Source: Macrostomum lignano | Lineage: Eukaryota | DNA: 64,000 bases | Assembly: GCA_002269645.1 (NCBI GenBank) | Contig: NIVC01003587.1 | Location: 1-64,000, forward strand | Direction of reading: 5' to 3' | Part shown: piece by piece, positions 38,801 to 57,300 of the stretch | Layout: each line of letters opens with the position of its first letter | Numbering within the stretch: position 1 is the first letter of the stretch | Made by a program: the position numbers and the translations under genes | Notes under the pieces: generated by a model | Seen by the model: only the letters and a program-made list of their open reading frames with translations | The model's database searches: none | What the model was told of the DNA's origin: nothing

Positions 38801-41800
38801 TCTATTAAACTCGTTCATCTTTGATTTAAAGCTGGTTAAAACTATGCGATCCCAACTGCTCTCCCTCGCCAAAGGACGCGGCCCTGTCCGAGTCGGACTC
38901 AGAACACGAGTGCCGCGGTCGGAACTATCTCCGTCAGCGCAAACGCCAGCAACAGCTGCTGGCCGAGGCGGCCGCCGGCCCGCCTTGTCCCTGCGTCCGC
39001 TGCGGCAAAGAAGACCTGCCGGAGTGGCTGCTGTTGTGCGATAGTTGCGATGTAGCTTGGCACGCCATGTGCTTGAGGCCTCCGCTGTTTCTCATACCTA
39101 CTGGCGATTGGTTTTGCCCCGTTTGTCAGCATAAGAGCCTCTGCGACGCTTTAGAAAGCAAAGTGACGGAGTTGGAGCAGCAGCAGAAGCAGCGCGTTGC
39201 TAAACAGAGAATGCAGGTAATTTCTGCTTTCTGTAGTTTTCTTTCGATACATATCGGCAGAAAATTGATTTCGTTGCTCCCATCTCATCTCGGTTTGATT
39301 TTATTTGCTTTTCGATACATATCGTTAGTTAATTGGTTTAGTCGCTCCCGTTTTAGTTTGATTTTATTTGGTTTTTTTCGATGCATATCCCATTTTAGCC
39401 GCTCCCGTCTCGGTTTGATTCTCTTTGCTTTTTGTTAGCAAGAAATCAGATTTAATTTGGCTCTGGTGCATCGGGTAGATTTTTTATTTGTATTTCGATA
39501 CATATCGGCATTGTAAAAAATATCTGCTAACTCAACAGGAGCGTCTCAGCTACGTCAGCATCTCAGTTGGCAACATCATTGAGAGCTCGCGGGCCGGGCG
39601 CGCAGGCGGCGGCTTCGCTCACTACACCGAGGGCGGCTCCGATATTGAGGGCGCGTCCGACTCCCGGTCCGGTTCCGGTAGTTTCGGCTCTTCCGGTAGC
39701 GGAAGTGGCTCGGGTTCCGGTAGTAGCGAAGAGGAATCTTCGGACGAAGAGGCGTAAGTTACTCAGTGCTTTTTTTAGAGTTTGAGGATAATTGGGATTT
39801 TGAATCCAAATTATTATAATTTTGGGACTTGAACTTTCTCCATTGCATACCGGTATTGTGAGCGTTCAAAGCTTTCTCGATGGAATATTTACGATTTCGG
39901 ACTTCGATACGACATATGGGATTTCCATCTACGTCAATGGGATATTTTGGATTTCTATCTACGTCAATGGGATGTTTGGGATTTCTATCAACGTCAATGG
40001 GATATTTGAGATGTCAGGCTACATAAATGGGATATTTGGGATATCAGGCTGCATCAATGGGATTTGGGATTTCAAGCTACCTCAATGGGATTTGGGATTT
40101 CAAGCTACATCAATGGGATATTTGGGATTTCAAGCTACATCAGTTGGATATTTGGGATGTCAGACTACATCAATGGGATATTTGGGATGTCAGACTACAT
40201 CTATGGGATTTGGGATTTCAAGCTACATCAATGGGATATTTGGGATGTCAGACTACATCTATGGGATTTGGGATTTCAAGCTACATCAATGGGATATTTG
40301 GGATGTCAGACTACATCAATGGGATTTGGGATTTCAAGCTACATCAATGGGATATTTGGGATGTCGGACTACATCTATGGGATTTGGGATTTCAAGCTAC
40401 ATCAATGGGATATTTGGGATTTCAAGCTACATCAATGGGATATTTGGGATGTCAGACTAAATCTATGGGATTTGGGATTTCAAGCTACATCAGTGGGATA
40501 TTTGGGATGTCAGGCTACATCAGTGGGATATTTGGGATTTCTATCTACATAAATGGGATTTCAAGCTACATCAGCAAAAAATCCCACAATTGCAGCCACC
40601 GGCGTCCAACCCGCCAGTCGGCCCGCACAGCCAACGTGAACTACCGTTTCGAAAACTACGACGCCATGATTAAAGAGGCCATCGAAGAGGACGACAAGTA
40701 CCGCCTAGTCAAGGAGAACCCGGAGGCGGCAGCCGAAGCGGCAGCCGAGGCCCGGCGAGCCCGCAAGCGGCCTGGAGGCGGCAAAGACATGGAGAGCATC
40801 CTGGGCCCCGACTGGGACAAGAAGAAGCCGCCGTCGGCTGTTGAGGAGCCGCAGCCCAGCGCCAAGCCGGCAGCCGCGGATGCCCAGGAAGTCGCCACCG
40901 AAGACAGCCAAGAAGACGCAGCGGAAGCTGCTACAGCGGCGTCAAACGAAGAAGGCGACAATGACGGCGAGGAAAGCGACGTCGAAGGCGAGGGCGGCCG
41001 ACCTGCACCGCCGGCTGCCACGGCGGCGGCCAAGCGGAAGCGGAAGCGCCTGGCCAAGCTGGGCGACACGGACAGCGAGGCCAACTCGGACGCTGACGAG
41101 CACCCGTCCGATGACGATTTCAAGCCGCCAAGCTCGGCCGACACCGACGAAGATGACGACGATGAAGCTGGACGAGGCCGAGGCAACTCGTCCGATGACT
41201 CGTACAGCGGCGCCGAGTCCGAGGAGTTGAGCAGCGACGCGAGCTGGAGGCCGTCTGGCTTGGCCATCAGTTCGCGTCGGCAGTCGTCCAGGCTGAGAGC
41301 GGCGGCGGCGGCATCGTCAAGGTGAGAATTCCGCTATTTTAGATGATTTTTTTCATGGCCGATATGTTGCGAAAAAACTTTAAATTTGCATATAATAAGT
41401 GGCTTTATGGCGAACTTGAAACAGCCGATATGTAGCGTATAACTATTTAAATTGGTATAATATGTGGCTTTATAGCGAACTTATAATGGCCGGTATGTAG
41501 CGTATAACTATTTAGATTATCATAATGTGCAATTTAAATTAAAATTTAAAGTTAAAAGGGCCTGTAATTTGACTGCCATTCATATTAGTTGGAATTGCAC
41601 GGCTTTAAGGTTAAAGTTCAATTAACCGATATGTAGCGTAAAATACTTTCCAGGGCAGAATTCGTTATAGTTATATTATAACTACTATTTCCTATTCGCC
41701 AGGCACAAGCGGTCGTCGCACGGCAGCAAAAGCAGAAAAGACAAGAAGCACAAAAGGAGCAGCCGGCATCGGAGTGGCAGCGCAGGAGGCGGCGGCCGTC

Positions 41801-43461
41801 ACAGTCGTAAGCGTCGGCGTAGACGCGAAGACGACGATGCGGAGGACGATGAGGACGGAGACGACTGGCGACCCGGCGGAGGCGGCGAAGGTCGACGTCG
41901 CTCCCGGCACCCGCCGCCGGCTAAGCGAGGCCGACGGCGAGGACGCGGCCGCAACGAATACGACTCAGATGACGACATTGAGGAGTCTGAGGAGGATCAG
42001 TCCGAGGATGAGGCGCGGCGCCCGACTCGGCGAGCTGCAGCCCGGCGGGTCGTGTTCCAGGAGGACGAGGAAGACGAGGAAGAAGAAGAAGAAGAAAATG
42101 AAGCAGAGGCGGCACAGAAGCCGGGAAAAGCTAAAGAAGAAAATGAGGAAAAAGCTGAAGCAGAAGACGAGGCAGACGAAGACGCTCATGGCCGGCCAAA
42201 GTTGCAGATTGCTGGCAGGCAAAAGCAGCTGCAGAAGCGTCGAGCCGCTTGTCTTGAAGACAGCGACGAAGAGTGGAAAGGGTCAGATGAAGAGGAAGAA
42301 GAAGAGGAAGAGGAAGAAGAGGAGGAAGCAGAGGCGGAAGGGGAGGAAGAGGAACCGCCTCCAGCAAAGGAAACGGTTGCTAAGCGGCAAAAGCTAGCCA
42401 CGATTGATGATCGAAATAAAGAAAAAGAAGAAGACAATGAGAAACAACAAACAGCAGCAGAAGAGAAGGCCGATGCCGAGACGGTAGCAGAGTCTAAACA
42501 GACAGTAGAGTCGAAAGAGGCTGAAATAGTTGATGAAGCTAAGAATAAAGCCATTGAAGAAGAAGTGGCTGAGACAGCGGTTGCTACTGCTCCAGCGGAA
42601 GCTGAAGACAATCCGGCCGGAGAGTTTGACAATGCGGAAGACGAGGAGCTGCCGGATAAGGAGGCCGAGCTGCGCGAAGCCGAGCTGCGGATGGCGCAGG
42701 AGGCGGCCAGCTCGATGCCGCAGCAGCCGCCTGCTGTCCAGCGGCTGGAAGCGCCAGCAGCAGAAGCAGCCGAGCCTGTCCCCACTGCGGCAGCAAAGCC
42801 AGCAGCAGCAGCAACAACAAGCAGAACTCAGCAGCAAAGGAAGCAGAAACAGCAGAAACAGTTGCAGAAGCAGCAACAACAGCAGCAGCAGCAATCTATT
42901 CAACAGCCTTCAATACCTTCGCAGCCAATGCAACCGCCAGTGTCTACAGTTGGTCACGTGATGCCGCCTCAGGCGCCGCCGCATCCGCAGTACATGCCGC
43001 AGCAGCAGCAGACAGTCTTGCCGCAACACCAGCCGCACATCGTGTCCACAACAGCTGCCTGCCCGCCGCCGCCACCACCGCCGCAGCAGCCAATACCTCC
43101 CGATATTAGAGAGCTCTACCTGCCGTCCTGCACTTACGGCGGGCCCAGCTACCAGCCTCAGCATCCGCAGCCATATCCGGTGTACACAGCTTATCAGCCA
43201 CAGCCGCAGCTTCCTCCCATGCAGGCCGGTAGCATGCTTGCCGAGCTGAACGACTTGACACCTCCGCCGCCGCCTCCACCAGCGCCGCAGATGCTGCCTC
43301 CCATGCCTGCTGTAGTCAGCAGCAGCAGTAGCGCCAACAGTGCCGGAGGAGCAGCTGGCGGGACGCCGTTCTATATTGAGTCTCTGTTGCATCAGCAGCA
43401 GCCGGCGCCAACTTATCCGCCTGCCACCGGGGCTTATGGACAGCAGCATCAGCCGTTTTAA
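35871..43461 (+). CDS. RSF1: Remodeling and spacing factor 1 (DDT/WHIM region, PHD finger, acidic and Q/P-rich tail)
   Basis: Exons 35871-37344, 37631-37947, 38875-39216, 39539-39753, 40596-41321, 41703-43461; all GT-AG with consistent phases. Peptides: PDFAAACSFL, WENGLRKFC, LLECQFDRNVKLK, LRQKPIGQDMAGCQYW, PHD CVRCGKEDLPEWLLLCDSCDVAWHAMCLRPPLFLIPTGDWFCPVC, ERLSYVSISVGNII, YDAMIKEAIEED. Confidence 0.92.
38125..38385. repeat. 26-bp minisatellite (CTGCTCAAATCCTCAGATTGGGATTC)n in RSF1 intron 2
   Basis: Read directly. Confidence 0.95.
38389..38795 (-). repeat. Inverted copy of the RSF1 intron-4 28/30-bp array plus its splice acceptor
   Basis: 38389-38532 is the reverse complement of 40465-40608 with one mismatch. 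Confidence 0.93.
39915..40570 (+). repeat. 28/30-bp minisatellite (ATTTGGGATGTCAGACTACATCAATGGGAT)n in RSF1 intron 4
   Basis: Read directly. Confidence 0.95.
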
Positions 43462-43589
43462 AGTAACAAGACAGATGGCGCACTGTTTTCTGTTTGACAT
43501 TGTTGTTTGGTTTGTAAGTTTATTGATACTATATATTGTATATGCGTTTATGCTAATGTTTATAATTGTAATTAAGTCTCGGCTGTGTC

Positions 43590-44370
43590 AGTTAAGAACC
43601 AACTGTGTCAGTAAGAACCAATTTTGTCAGTTGGGAATCAGCTGTGTCAGTTGAGAATCAGCTGTGTCAGTTGAGAACCAGCTGTGTCAGTTGAGAACCA
43701 GCTGTGTCAGTTGAGAATCAACTGTGTCAGTTGAGAATCAGCTGTGTCAGTTAAGAATCAGCTGTGTCAGTTAAGAATCAGCTGTGTCAGTTGAGAACCA
43801 GCTGTGTCAGTTGAGAACCAGCTGTGTCAGTTGAGAACCAGCTGTGTCAGTTGAGAATCAGCTGTGTCAGTTGAGAATCAGCTGTGTCAGTTAAGAATCA
43901 GCTGTGTCAGTTAAGAATCAGCTGTGTCAGTTAAGAATCAGCTGTGTCAGTTTAGAATCAGCTGTGTCAGTTGAGAATCAGCTGTGTCAGTTGAGAACCA
44001 GCTGTGTCAGTTGAGAACCAGCTGTGTCAGTTGAGAATCAACTGTGTCAGTTGAGAATCAGCTGTGTCAGTTAAGAATCAGCTGTGTCAGTTAAGAATCA
44101 GCTGTGTCAGTTTAGAATCAGCTGTGTCAGTTGAGAACCCTGTGTCAGTTAAGAATCAGCTGTGTCAGTTGGGAATCAGCTGTGTCAGTTGAGAATCAGC
44201 TGTGTCAGTTGAGAATCAGCTGTGTCAGTTAAGAATCAGCTGTGTCAGTTAAGAATCAGCTGTGTCAGTTGGGAATCAGCTGTGTCAGTTGAGAATCAGC
44301 TGTGTCAGTTGAGAATCAGCTGTGTCAGTTAAGAACCAGTTGTGTCAGTTGAGAACCAACTGTGTCAGTG
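43590..44370. repeat. 20-bp minisatellite (CAGCTGTGTCAGTTGAGAAT)n just 3' of the RSF1 stop
   Basis: Read directly. Confidence 0.97.
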
Positions 44371-45613
44371 TAATCAATTTTAGTCAGAAGTACCGGTCAT
44401 GTGACTTAAGCCCCGCCTATTCTATACGAGTCCACAGCAATGCAATCTGACTGTCAATTCTGTTTATATTTCGTATTTGTTTATCGAATTTTTGCATTAC
44501 CCTGTCTGTTACGCCCCTGTGCAATGTTTATAAATTGATCCTTAATTTAAATTTGCGCACACCGCTTTACATCATGCTATCATACGTACTACTGATGCTA
44601 TACATTCTGAGTAGTCTGTCATATTTTTGTGTATGTACGCTTATCTATTCTGAAAACTTTTCTCTAAGAAAAACTTCGGGCACACCTGCAGTATACTACT
44701 AGTAGATAGTTATGTGCGTTTAAATTAATACATACAGAGCCATCCTGCTTTTAACGCGTTTTTTGTTTCTTTTTTTACTTTTGTACAAACAGATTGTGTG
44801 ACCAACCTACTCATTAACAAGGCCTGCTGTTGTATGTTAGGTTACCTGTGTAGCGTGTCTGTTGTAGTTCACTTTATTGTCTAAAACTATATTTATTTCT
44901 TAGTTATATCATTTCCAACCCGAAGTTAATCGTCTGTACAGATCTGTTAAAATTGTCCCGAGTGTTCAGTTCTGCATTCTCTCTGTAAGTAGTATCTGTT
45001 GCTTATGCACGCTCCTCTTAACTGTTAATTCTATCACATTTGCAATTAATGTAACATCTATCTTAACTCTAATCTAAAAAATATATATGATAAAATTAAG
45101 TCTGTGCAAATTTTGTTCTTAAAAGCCTCGCACAAATGCGCTTACAATTATAACAAACTTTAAATTGAAGACAATGTCAGTGTAAAGTCACAAAGTGCTT
45201 TTTTACTTTAAGTAGCATGACTCGCGCATGCTCTCTTTATTTGCGTAGTTTTTATAATATCGAATAAATATCCTTAAAAATTTGTGATTTTGTGATTAAG
45301 CATGGTTCAATCCATGCTCAATAGATCTATTTAAGGCATATTTGCTTACTTACATGTTAGTTGGTCGGGACAAAGTCACATAAGTGACATACCATGCATT
45401 GTGCCGTGCCGTGCGGAGCCTGCCCACTGCCACTAGACTGAACTCAGTGTTACATATATTTCTTCGATACATATCGCCATTGGCTACAAAAAAACATTTT
45501 ATTACGAGTATTCTTCGGGGCAGTTGTTTAACGTTTGGTGCTAAAAAATAATTTCGACTAATAACTAATGAGTTCGTTCTTATTTTGCATTGATAAGAGC
45601 AAAAAGCATTATT

Positions 45614-45685
45614 TTCCCTGACCGGGAGTCGAACCCGGGCCACCTGGGTGAAAACCAGGGATCCTAACCGCTAGACCATCAGGGA
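45614..45685 (-). tRNA. tRNA-Glu (anticodon TTC)
   Basis: TCCCTGATGGTCTAGCGGTTAGGATCCCTGGTTTTCACCCAGGTGGCCCGGGTTCGACTCCCGGTCAGGGAA: 72 nt, intact stems, A and B boxes, T-run terminator at 45601-45605. Confidence 0.96.
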
Positions 45686-46273
45686 CTTAGTGTGGGAGTT
45701 GGTTGAGTAGTATTTTAAACTTACACAAGCCTTATTTTACGTAAAAATGATTTTACTTACAAGTTACAACTCACAACACGTTGATTGATTCGAAATTGCT
45801 ATAGCAGTACCATTACTTTTATTAGTGTACAGTCGCTTAATCTGCAAAATTATCTATTTTATCGACTTTCTATCTATTAGTATCGATCGTAGTAGTATCG
45901 TTATAGTATCAAAGTCAAAGATAATTGTTTATAAAATTATTCCAGTGGCTGTCTGGCTTGATTGGTTATTTTGTCAATAGATTGTATTAGTATGTGTAGC
46001 TCGTATACTACTAAATCAGTTAAATTTTTAAACGAGGTTTATGATTCTACTTATTCTTGCTTTCAATTTTCATTGTTTTGTAAGTAGCCAGTAACGCGTA
46101 TGCCAGCCGTTCGCTTAATAAGTATAAAAAACTGATGGTCCATTTTTGCTTAGATTAATAAATGACATGCGCATAATGAAGCTTTTGTGTTTTAGGTTCA
46201 GTTGTGTGCTACTGGTTATGGGGATCAAGATTAAAATGAATAACTGATTAATAAGGCTGCTGTAAAAACTATA

Positions 46274-46345
46274 TTCCCTGACCGGGAGTCGAACCCGGGC
46301 CGCCTGGGTGAGAGCCAGGAATCCTAACCGCTAGACCATCAGGGA
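46274..46345 (-). tRNA. tRNA-Glu (anticodon CTC)
   Basis: TCCCTGATGGTCTAGCGGTTAGGATTCCTGGCTCTCACCCAGGCGGCCCGGGTTCGACTCCCGGTCAGGGAA: 72 nt, T5 terminator at 46264-46268. Confidence 0.96.
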
Positions 46346-46570
46346 CTGATACTAAGGCGACGCGATGGGGGGCAAACGGCAACTTAAACCGAGGGACTCT
46401 GTGACATCCGCCAGCTTTTCGTTTTTCGAGGAGGCTCTTCCCCCTCCTTTTCGTTCTGGCCTGGCGTGGAAGCGGCTAGCTTCCTCGTCTTGGTCTGCTG
46501 GTGGGGGACGGATCCCCCCTGCTGCTTTTTTGCGGGGCAGGTGGCTGCTAAGTAGTTGGCTGCTGGCTAA

Positions 46571-51655
<5,085 letters not shown>

Positions 51656-52692
51656 TCCTTGTGCTCTTTTACCTTGGGGTTGCGATAGGGGCCTCGCGGC
51701 CTATTCGCGGCGCCTGCGCCCCCCGTCAGTAGTAAGTAAGTAAGGCGACGCGATTGTATCCATAAAATACTTGTAAGCATATAACACCTTTTAGTAATGC
51801 CCCAGGCGGCCAGGGCCCAGTCCTAGTCAGAACTGTACAAATACATGTAGCTAAGGAAAAAACTGCATCGAGTAGACCGAAAATACGAATGCTAGTGTTG
51901 TGGTTGCTAATTTCTATTGCTAGTGTTTATATAATATCACACTATCGATCGACTTCGATCGATTGACGATCGGCTGTCCTCTCCATTTGACCTCCAGCGA
52001 CCCCCAATCCCATTGATCGTCCTCGATTCACGTCGATTGACTTCAATCGACCCTATTTATTCTGCAAATTGATTCGACCCCCATAAAACAACATTGACCC
52101 CTGTCCAAACAAAACTAGAAGTGCTCCGAAAGAGTGCAATTATGATTATTGATTGGCTGAGCAACGGCCTAACGACGGCCATCGGATTTTTCCTTAGCAA
52201 ACGTACGCAAAGCATGCATGGGTAATAAATGGTATTATTTACTTATTGTACCATAGACATTTTGCCTAAGCTACGCTTTAAGAGTGAGGGATAGGGGCTT
52301 GGGAGCCCCACTTTGGGGCTCGATCCCCACCATAGACTATTTTAGCAGCAGTCGCAAAAATTTGTTTTCATGAGCTAACTGCTAAATAAAGCATGATGCA
52401 GCTTTCCCGGTGCCCGGCCACGATTTCAAACATTTTGCCGTATCGATAAAAAGAGCATTGCTCACAAGAAAATTCTCAGTCTCTGAGCACGAGCGCAGTT
52501 GCTCTAACTTGATAATATTCTCCGAGTGCGAGCAAAATGCTCAAGAGGCAGAGGATATGAATAAAGAAAATCATCAAGCTCTGAGAATTTCCTCCGTGAC
52601 CAGAGCAAATCCGCAGCCACTTTAAACCATAGACAAGACGTCTTCCCACTTGATTCTATTGACCTTTGCGTGGATCTGAAGCATATATACCA

Positions 52693-53009
52693 CATGGAGG
52701 AAAGAATAGAATGGAGTGCTAATCTGAGCAAGTTATTTTTGTCTCGCTACGAGAGATCTTCACTTTTAACATCCCTCCCCCCTCGTTCTTTCCTATTGGC
52801 TCGTGACTGCCATAGACAAAGTATTTTTCGTCTCGTTTTCGTTTTCGTTCCCCTCTGAAAGGTCTGTCCCAGCATAGTACGAGCTCGCATCAGAATATGC
52901 TTTCAGCCAATAGGAAGGAACGGGGGGAAAGGGATGTTAAAAGCGAAAATCGAGCGAGATGAGAATAACTGGCTCAGATTAGCAACTCCATTCTATTCTT
53001 TCCTCCATG
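52693..53009. mobile_element. hAT-like MITE, 317 bp, ~105-bp TIRs, 8-bp TSD
   Basis: Termini CATGGAGGAAAGAATAGAATGGAG...CTCCATTCTATTCTTTCCTCCATG; TSD ATATACCA at 52685-52692 and 53010-53017. Confidence 0.88.
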
Positions 53010-54322
53010 ATATACCAATAGACTGTAGGCATTCATTTTGGCGCCTCAGCCACTCCACTTTGGCGCTGCAGGCGCTATTTTTTAGCGCCCTAAAGCACAA
53101 TTATTGATTTCCATAACGGGTCACAAGGTGGGGTGGGAGGGAGACAAAGCATCGGCATGTCCCCCTCCCTATCCTCCCGGAGGCGACGCCCCTGAACCCT
53201 TGCCTTGCCTTTTGCCTTGGACACCTGGTTTTTGCCGGGCTACATTGGAGCTCGATCGACTTCGAATAACCTCCATTCGCCCTCTATATCGACCTCAATC
53301 CATGAAAAAGCCCATGCCTTAACTGCCTAGCATGTAGCTGTAATACTGTAATTCCGACCTGGCCTTGCTTGCCTCTACGGCGGAGGCTGAGGCAGCCTGG
53401 TAGCAGCTGCGGCATCGGTCGGGCTAGCAGTGAACATATCAAGAAGACAAAGGTGATGACCTGTTCCTGAGGAGCTGCCTATCAACATCACCTGCCGGGA
53501 CGCTGACGGTCGTGCAGCAACTCTACCTCGCTGCACACGCTTCACGCTCGACGGTCTTGTGCCCAGCCTTCGGCCCAGCGGTCTTGTGCTAGGAAAGCTG
53601 ATCTGGCACCGCCCTTTGTGAACGACGGTGTGCCTGAGTTGTAGCTTTTGTTGCTGTAATTCCGAATTGTGTTATTAATTGAGGACAGGCCCAATGTTTT
53701 TGTGCAATTGTTTATAAGATACTGGCGAAGATCCTGTTGTGAATGATATTTTAATTATTTGTTTTACTGCTTGTGACAGGCACAAACGCCAAGCTACAGT
53801 TAAATATTTTAATTATTTGTTTTACTGCTTTTAACAGGGCCAAGCTGAAAGCTACGCAAAGAGAAGTTTACGGTTAAAATTTATTATTAACTAACTACAT
53901 GTATAGGTATTGAATAACTAACTTTTTCGAATGGCTAACTACATGTAAATGCAGCTAGGACGCCATTGTGCACTTTATTTCACAGTTAAATTACACCATA
54001 AGCATTGTCAAACGGAACGCTGATAAAAGAATATTGGAAGATTAATAAATTAATAAATCAAAGATATCCGATCCATCGTTTAATTGAAAATTAATTCAGA
54101 TAACCATTCTACAAAGAATCGCTGGTTGATATTGAATAGAGTAAAACAATTATTTTCGAATCGGGACTTGAATCTACTATTTTATCAAAGTTTTACCAGA
54201 TCTAGGCGAAATCAAAGGTTACGAGAGCTGGTCAAGTATTGCAATAGTACGTGACTGTATCATTCTAATGAAAATCCGAACAATTGTTATACCGCTATCA
54301 GCTATAAACAAAATCCGGACAC

Positions 54323-57300
54323 TCAGGCGGGACTGTCCTGAGCTGGCATGATCACCGCCGCCTGCTTCTGCTCCAGCGCAGCACCGAACGGTACGCCTCG
54401 TTTCGGCACGTACTCGCCTACGCGGGGCACCATGGTGATGCAGTCGATGATTGGGCAGACAGAGGCGCACAGGGTGCAGCCGGTGCAGTCGTCTGTCACT
54501 CGTGGCAGATGCGTCTCGGCGTCAAACTCGATGGCCTGGCGGTGGTGGCGGCGGGGGTGGCAGTGCAGGGAATGAGTCACCCTAGACAACTCTCTGTAAG
54601 AGTGCACCGTAGACAACTCTAACCTCTGTAAGACACCCTAGACAACTCTAACCTCTGTAAGACACCCTAGACAACTCTAACCTCTGTAAGACACCCTAGA
54701 CAACTCTAACCTCTGTAAGACACCCTAGACAACTCTAACCTCTGTAAGAGTGCACCCTAGACAACTCTAACCTCTGTAAGAGTGCACCCTAGACAACTCT
54801 AACCTCTGTAAGAGTGCACCCTAGACAACTCTAACCTCTGTAAGAGTGCACCCTAGACAACTCTAACCTCTGTAAGAGTGCACCCTAGACAACTCTAACC
54901 TCTGTAAGACACCCTAGACAACTCTAATCTCTGTAAGACACCCTAGACAACTCTAACCTCTGTAAGACACCCTAGACAACTCTAACCTCTGTAAGACACC
55001 CTAGACAACTCTAATCTCTGTAAGACACCCTAGACAACTCTAACCTCTGTAAGACACCCTAGACAACTCTAACCTCTGTAAGACACCCTAGACAACTCTA
55101 ACCTCTGTAAGACACCCTAGACAACTCTAACCTCTGTAAGAGTGCACCCTAGACAACTCTAACCTCTGTAAGAGTGCACCCTAGACAACTTAACCTGATT
55201 ACCTGATATCCCGAATCGTTGCAAGTCATGTAGCACTTGCCGCAGTTGATGCACAAATCGTCGTTAACCAGAGCCACCACCTGCTGTTTATTATCGAGGT
55301 CGTAGTAGTTTCCAACCAGGCCGACACTGGCGCCAACAATGTCTGAAACTTTCGGAACTGGCTTCACGACCGGCCGCTGCCTCTGGGCCAAACCGGTTGA
55401 AGCCGGGTCAGGCTTGAGTAGGTCGCGAGTTCGAAGCAGCTCGTGCTCAAGCGCTTCCCTGCGCTGCTTGTAGGGCCCAAAGGCGGGCAGGGATTGGCCG
55501 GTAGCCAGCAGCGACTTGCCGCGCTGGTGCACCGGCGTTGGCGGGCTCTGGCCGGTCCAGTCCGCCAGGCCTGTTCCAGTTGAATGGGATAAATGGAGAT
55601 TTAAGGTTTTCATTGGGCCTCGCTTCAGTCGTTAGAACAGCTGTGTTGTGTGTGCACTGGAGACACGTGGTCGAAAATGCCAAAACTGTTTGGCGTCAGG
55701 CAAGGCCAGCAGTCTAGTTCTTCCAGGTGGATTAATTAAAGTTGCTAGAGTCTCCGAATTGGTTGCTAGGGTCTTCGAATTGGTTGCTAGGGTCTTCGAA
55801 TTGGTTGCTAGGGTCTTCGAATTGGTTGCTAGGGTCTTCGAATTGGTTGCTAGGGTCTTCGAATTGGTTGCTATGGTCTCGTATTTTGGTTGCTATGGTC
55901 TCGTATTTTGGTTGCTACGGTCTCGTACTTTGGTTGCTAGGGTCTCGTGTTTTTGTTGCCAGGGTCTCGTATTTTGGTTGCTCGGGTCTTTTTATCTTGG
56001 TCGCTAGGGTCATCGTATTTTGGTTGCAACTCTTCGACTTGGTTGCTAGGGTCTCGAATTGGGTTGTTAGGTGTGCCTAATGGTTAGCTAAGAGCACCAA
56101 ATATGTACAAAAGCGATTCTAGTAAAATCAACGAAAATGTGTACAATCTCACAAATAAAAAAATTAGACATCGGGCAAGAATTAGTTTGTAGTTTCTCAA
56201 TAAACCTACTTGCAGTAGTCAAGCCAGACAACTAGACCCCATCAGAAATTGACTCCCCCAATTTAATCATTCATCAATTTGACGGCAACATGCGCGAGCT
56301 GATAAGAGCGAGCAGCCGGTGCGAATCATAAAATTCGCGTAATAAAGTTGATAAGAATTTTTTACAACTTTCGCCCATCGGTTCTAAATTGCAAGCTACA
56401 GAGCAGACAACCGGGAGGGGGTAGTAGCCGCCTGGATTAAAGATAAAAAATATGATTAAAGCTGGAAAAGTACGCGGTTTAAGACTTGAAAAGACACTGG
56501 ATCAAGGACCATCTATTATTGGAAACTATTGGAAATATACTCGTAGTATTATTGGAAATGGCCAATATCCACTTCTCTCTAATCTCCTCTCCTTTCGCCT
56601 CTCCTCTCCCGTTGTCTCCTTACGTATCCTTTATTCTCTTGCCTCTCCTTTCTCCTATCTCTCTTCTCTATCTCCTCTCTCCCCTCGGGCCCTCTCTCCC
56701 CATGCAACAGTTTCCCCACCTGGCCCTTGAGGTAAAATACTTTGCCGCCCCTCTGAAGTAATTAACTCTACTCGATAGCCCTATTAACCGATGAAGCAGC
56801 CAAAACGGCAAGATGCTGAATCAGACTGGGATTTCCAGCTCATCAGATGATGAATGGTCATTTAGCTTTACGGCGAAACCGACCTTTGTCTAGAAATACT
56901 CGTGATTTAATCTACTTTCCTTTGACCCGTTTTGCCGAGAAAAATCTGCACTACAAAAATCAGATTCTGGGGAACGTACTAAAATGAGGGCGTATAGGTT
57001 TCTCACTGGGACTGCAGCGATCATTTCTAAGAAAATGGAGTGTAGCCTGACATTAGACACCAGACATTAGACACCAGACATTAGACACCAGACATTAGAC
57101 ACCAGACATTAGACACCAGACATTAGACATTAGACATTAGACACTAGACATTAGACACCAGACATTAGACACCGGAGATTAGACACCAGACATTAGACAC
57201 CGGACATTAGACACCAGACATTAGACACTAGACATTAGACACCAGACATTAGACACCAGACATTAGACACCAGACATTAGACACCAGACATTAGACACCA

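Noticed and set aside
38359-40552. ORFs such as MGFQATSMGY.. and ..KLHQWDIWD.. in RSF1 introns
   Set aside because: Translations of the 28/30-bp arrays; the real exons are defined by consistent splice phases.
53335-53950. Possible solo LTR (TGTAAT.. start, GC-rich body)
   Set aside because: No matching CA end, TSD or second copy could be defined.
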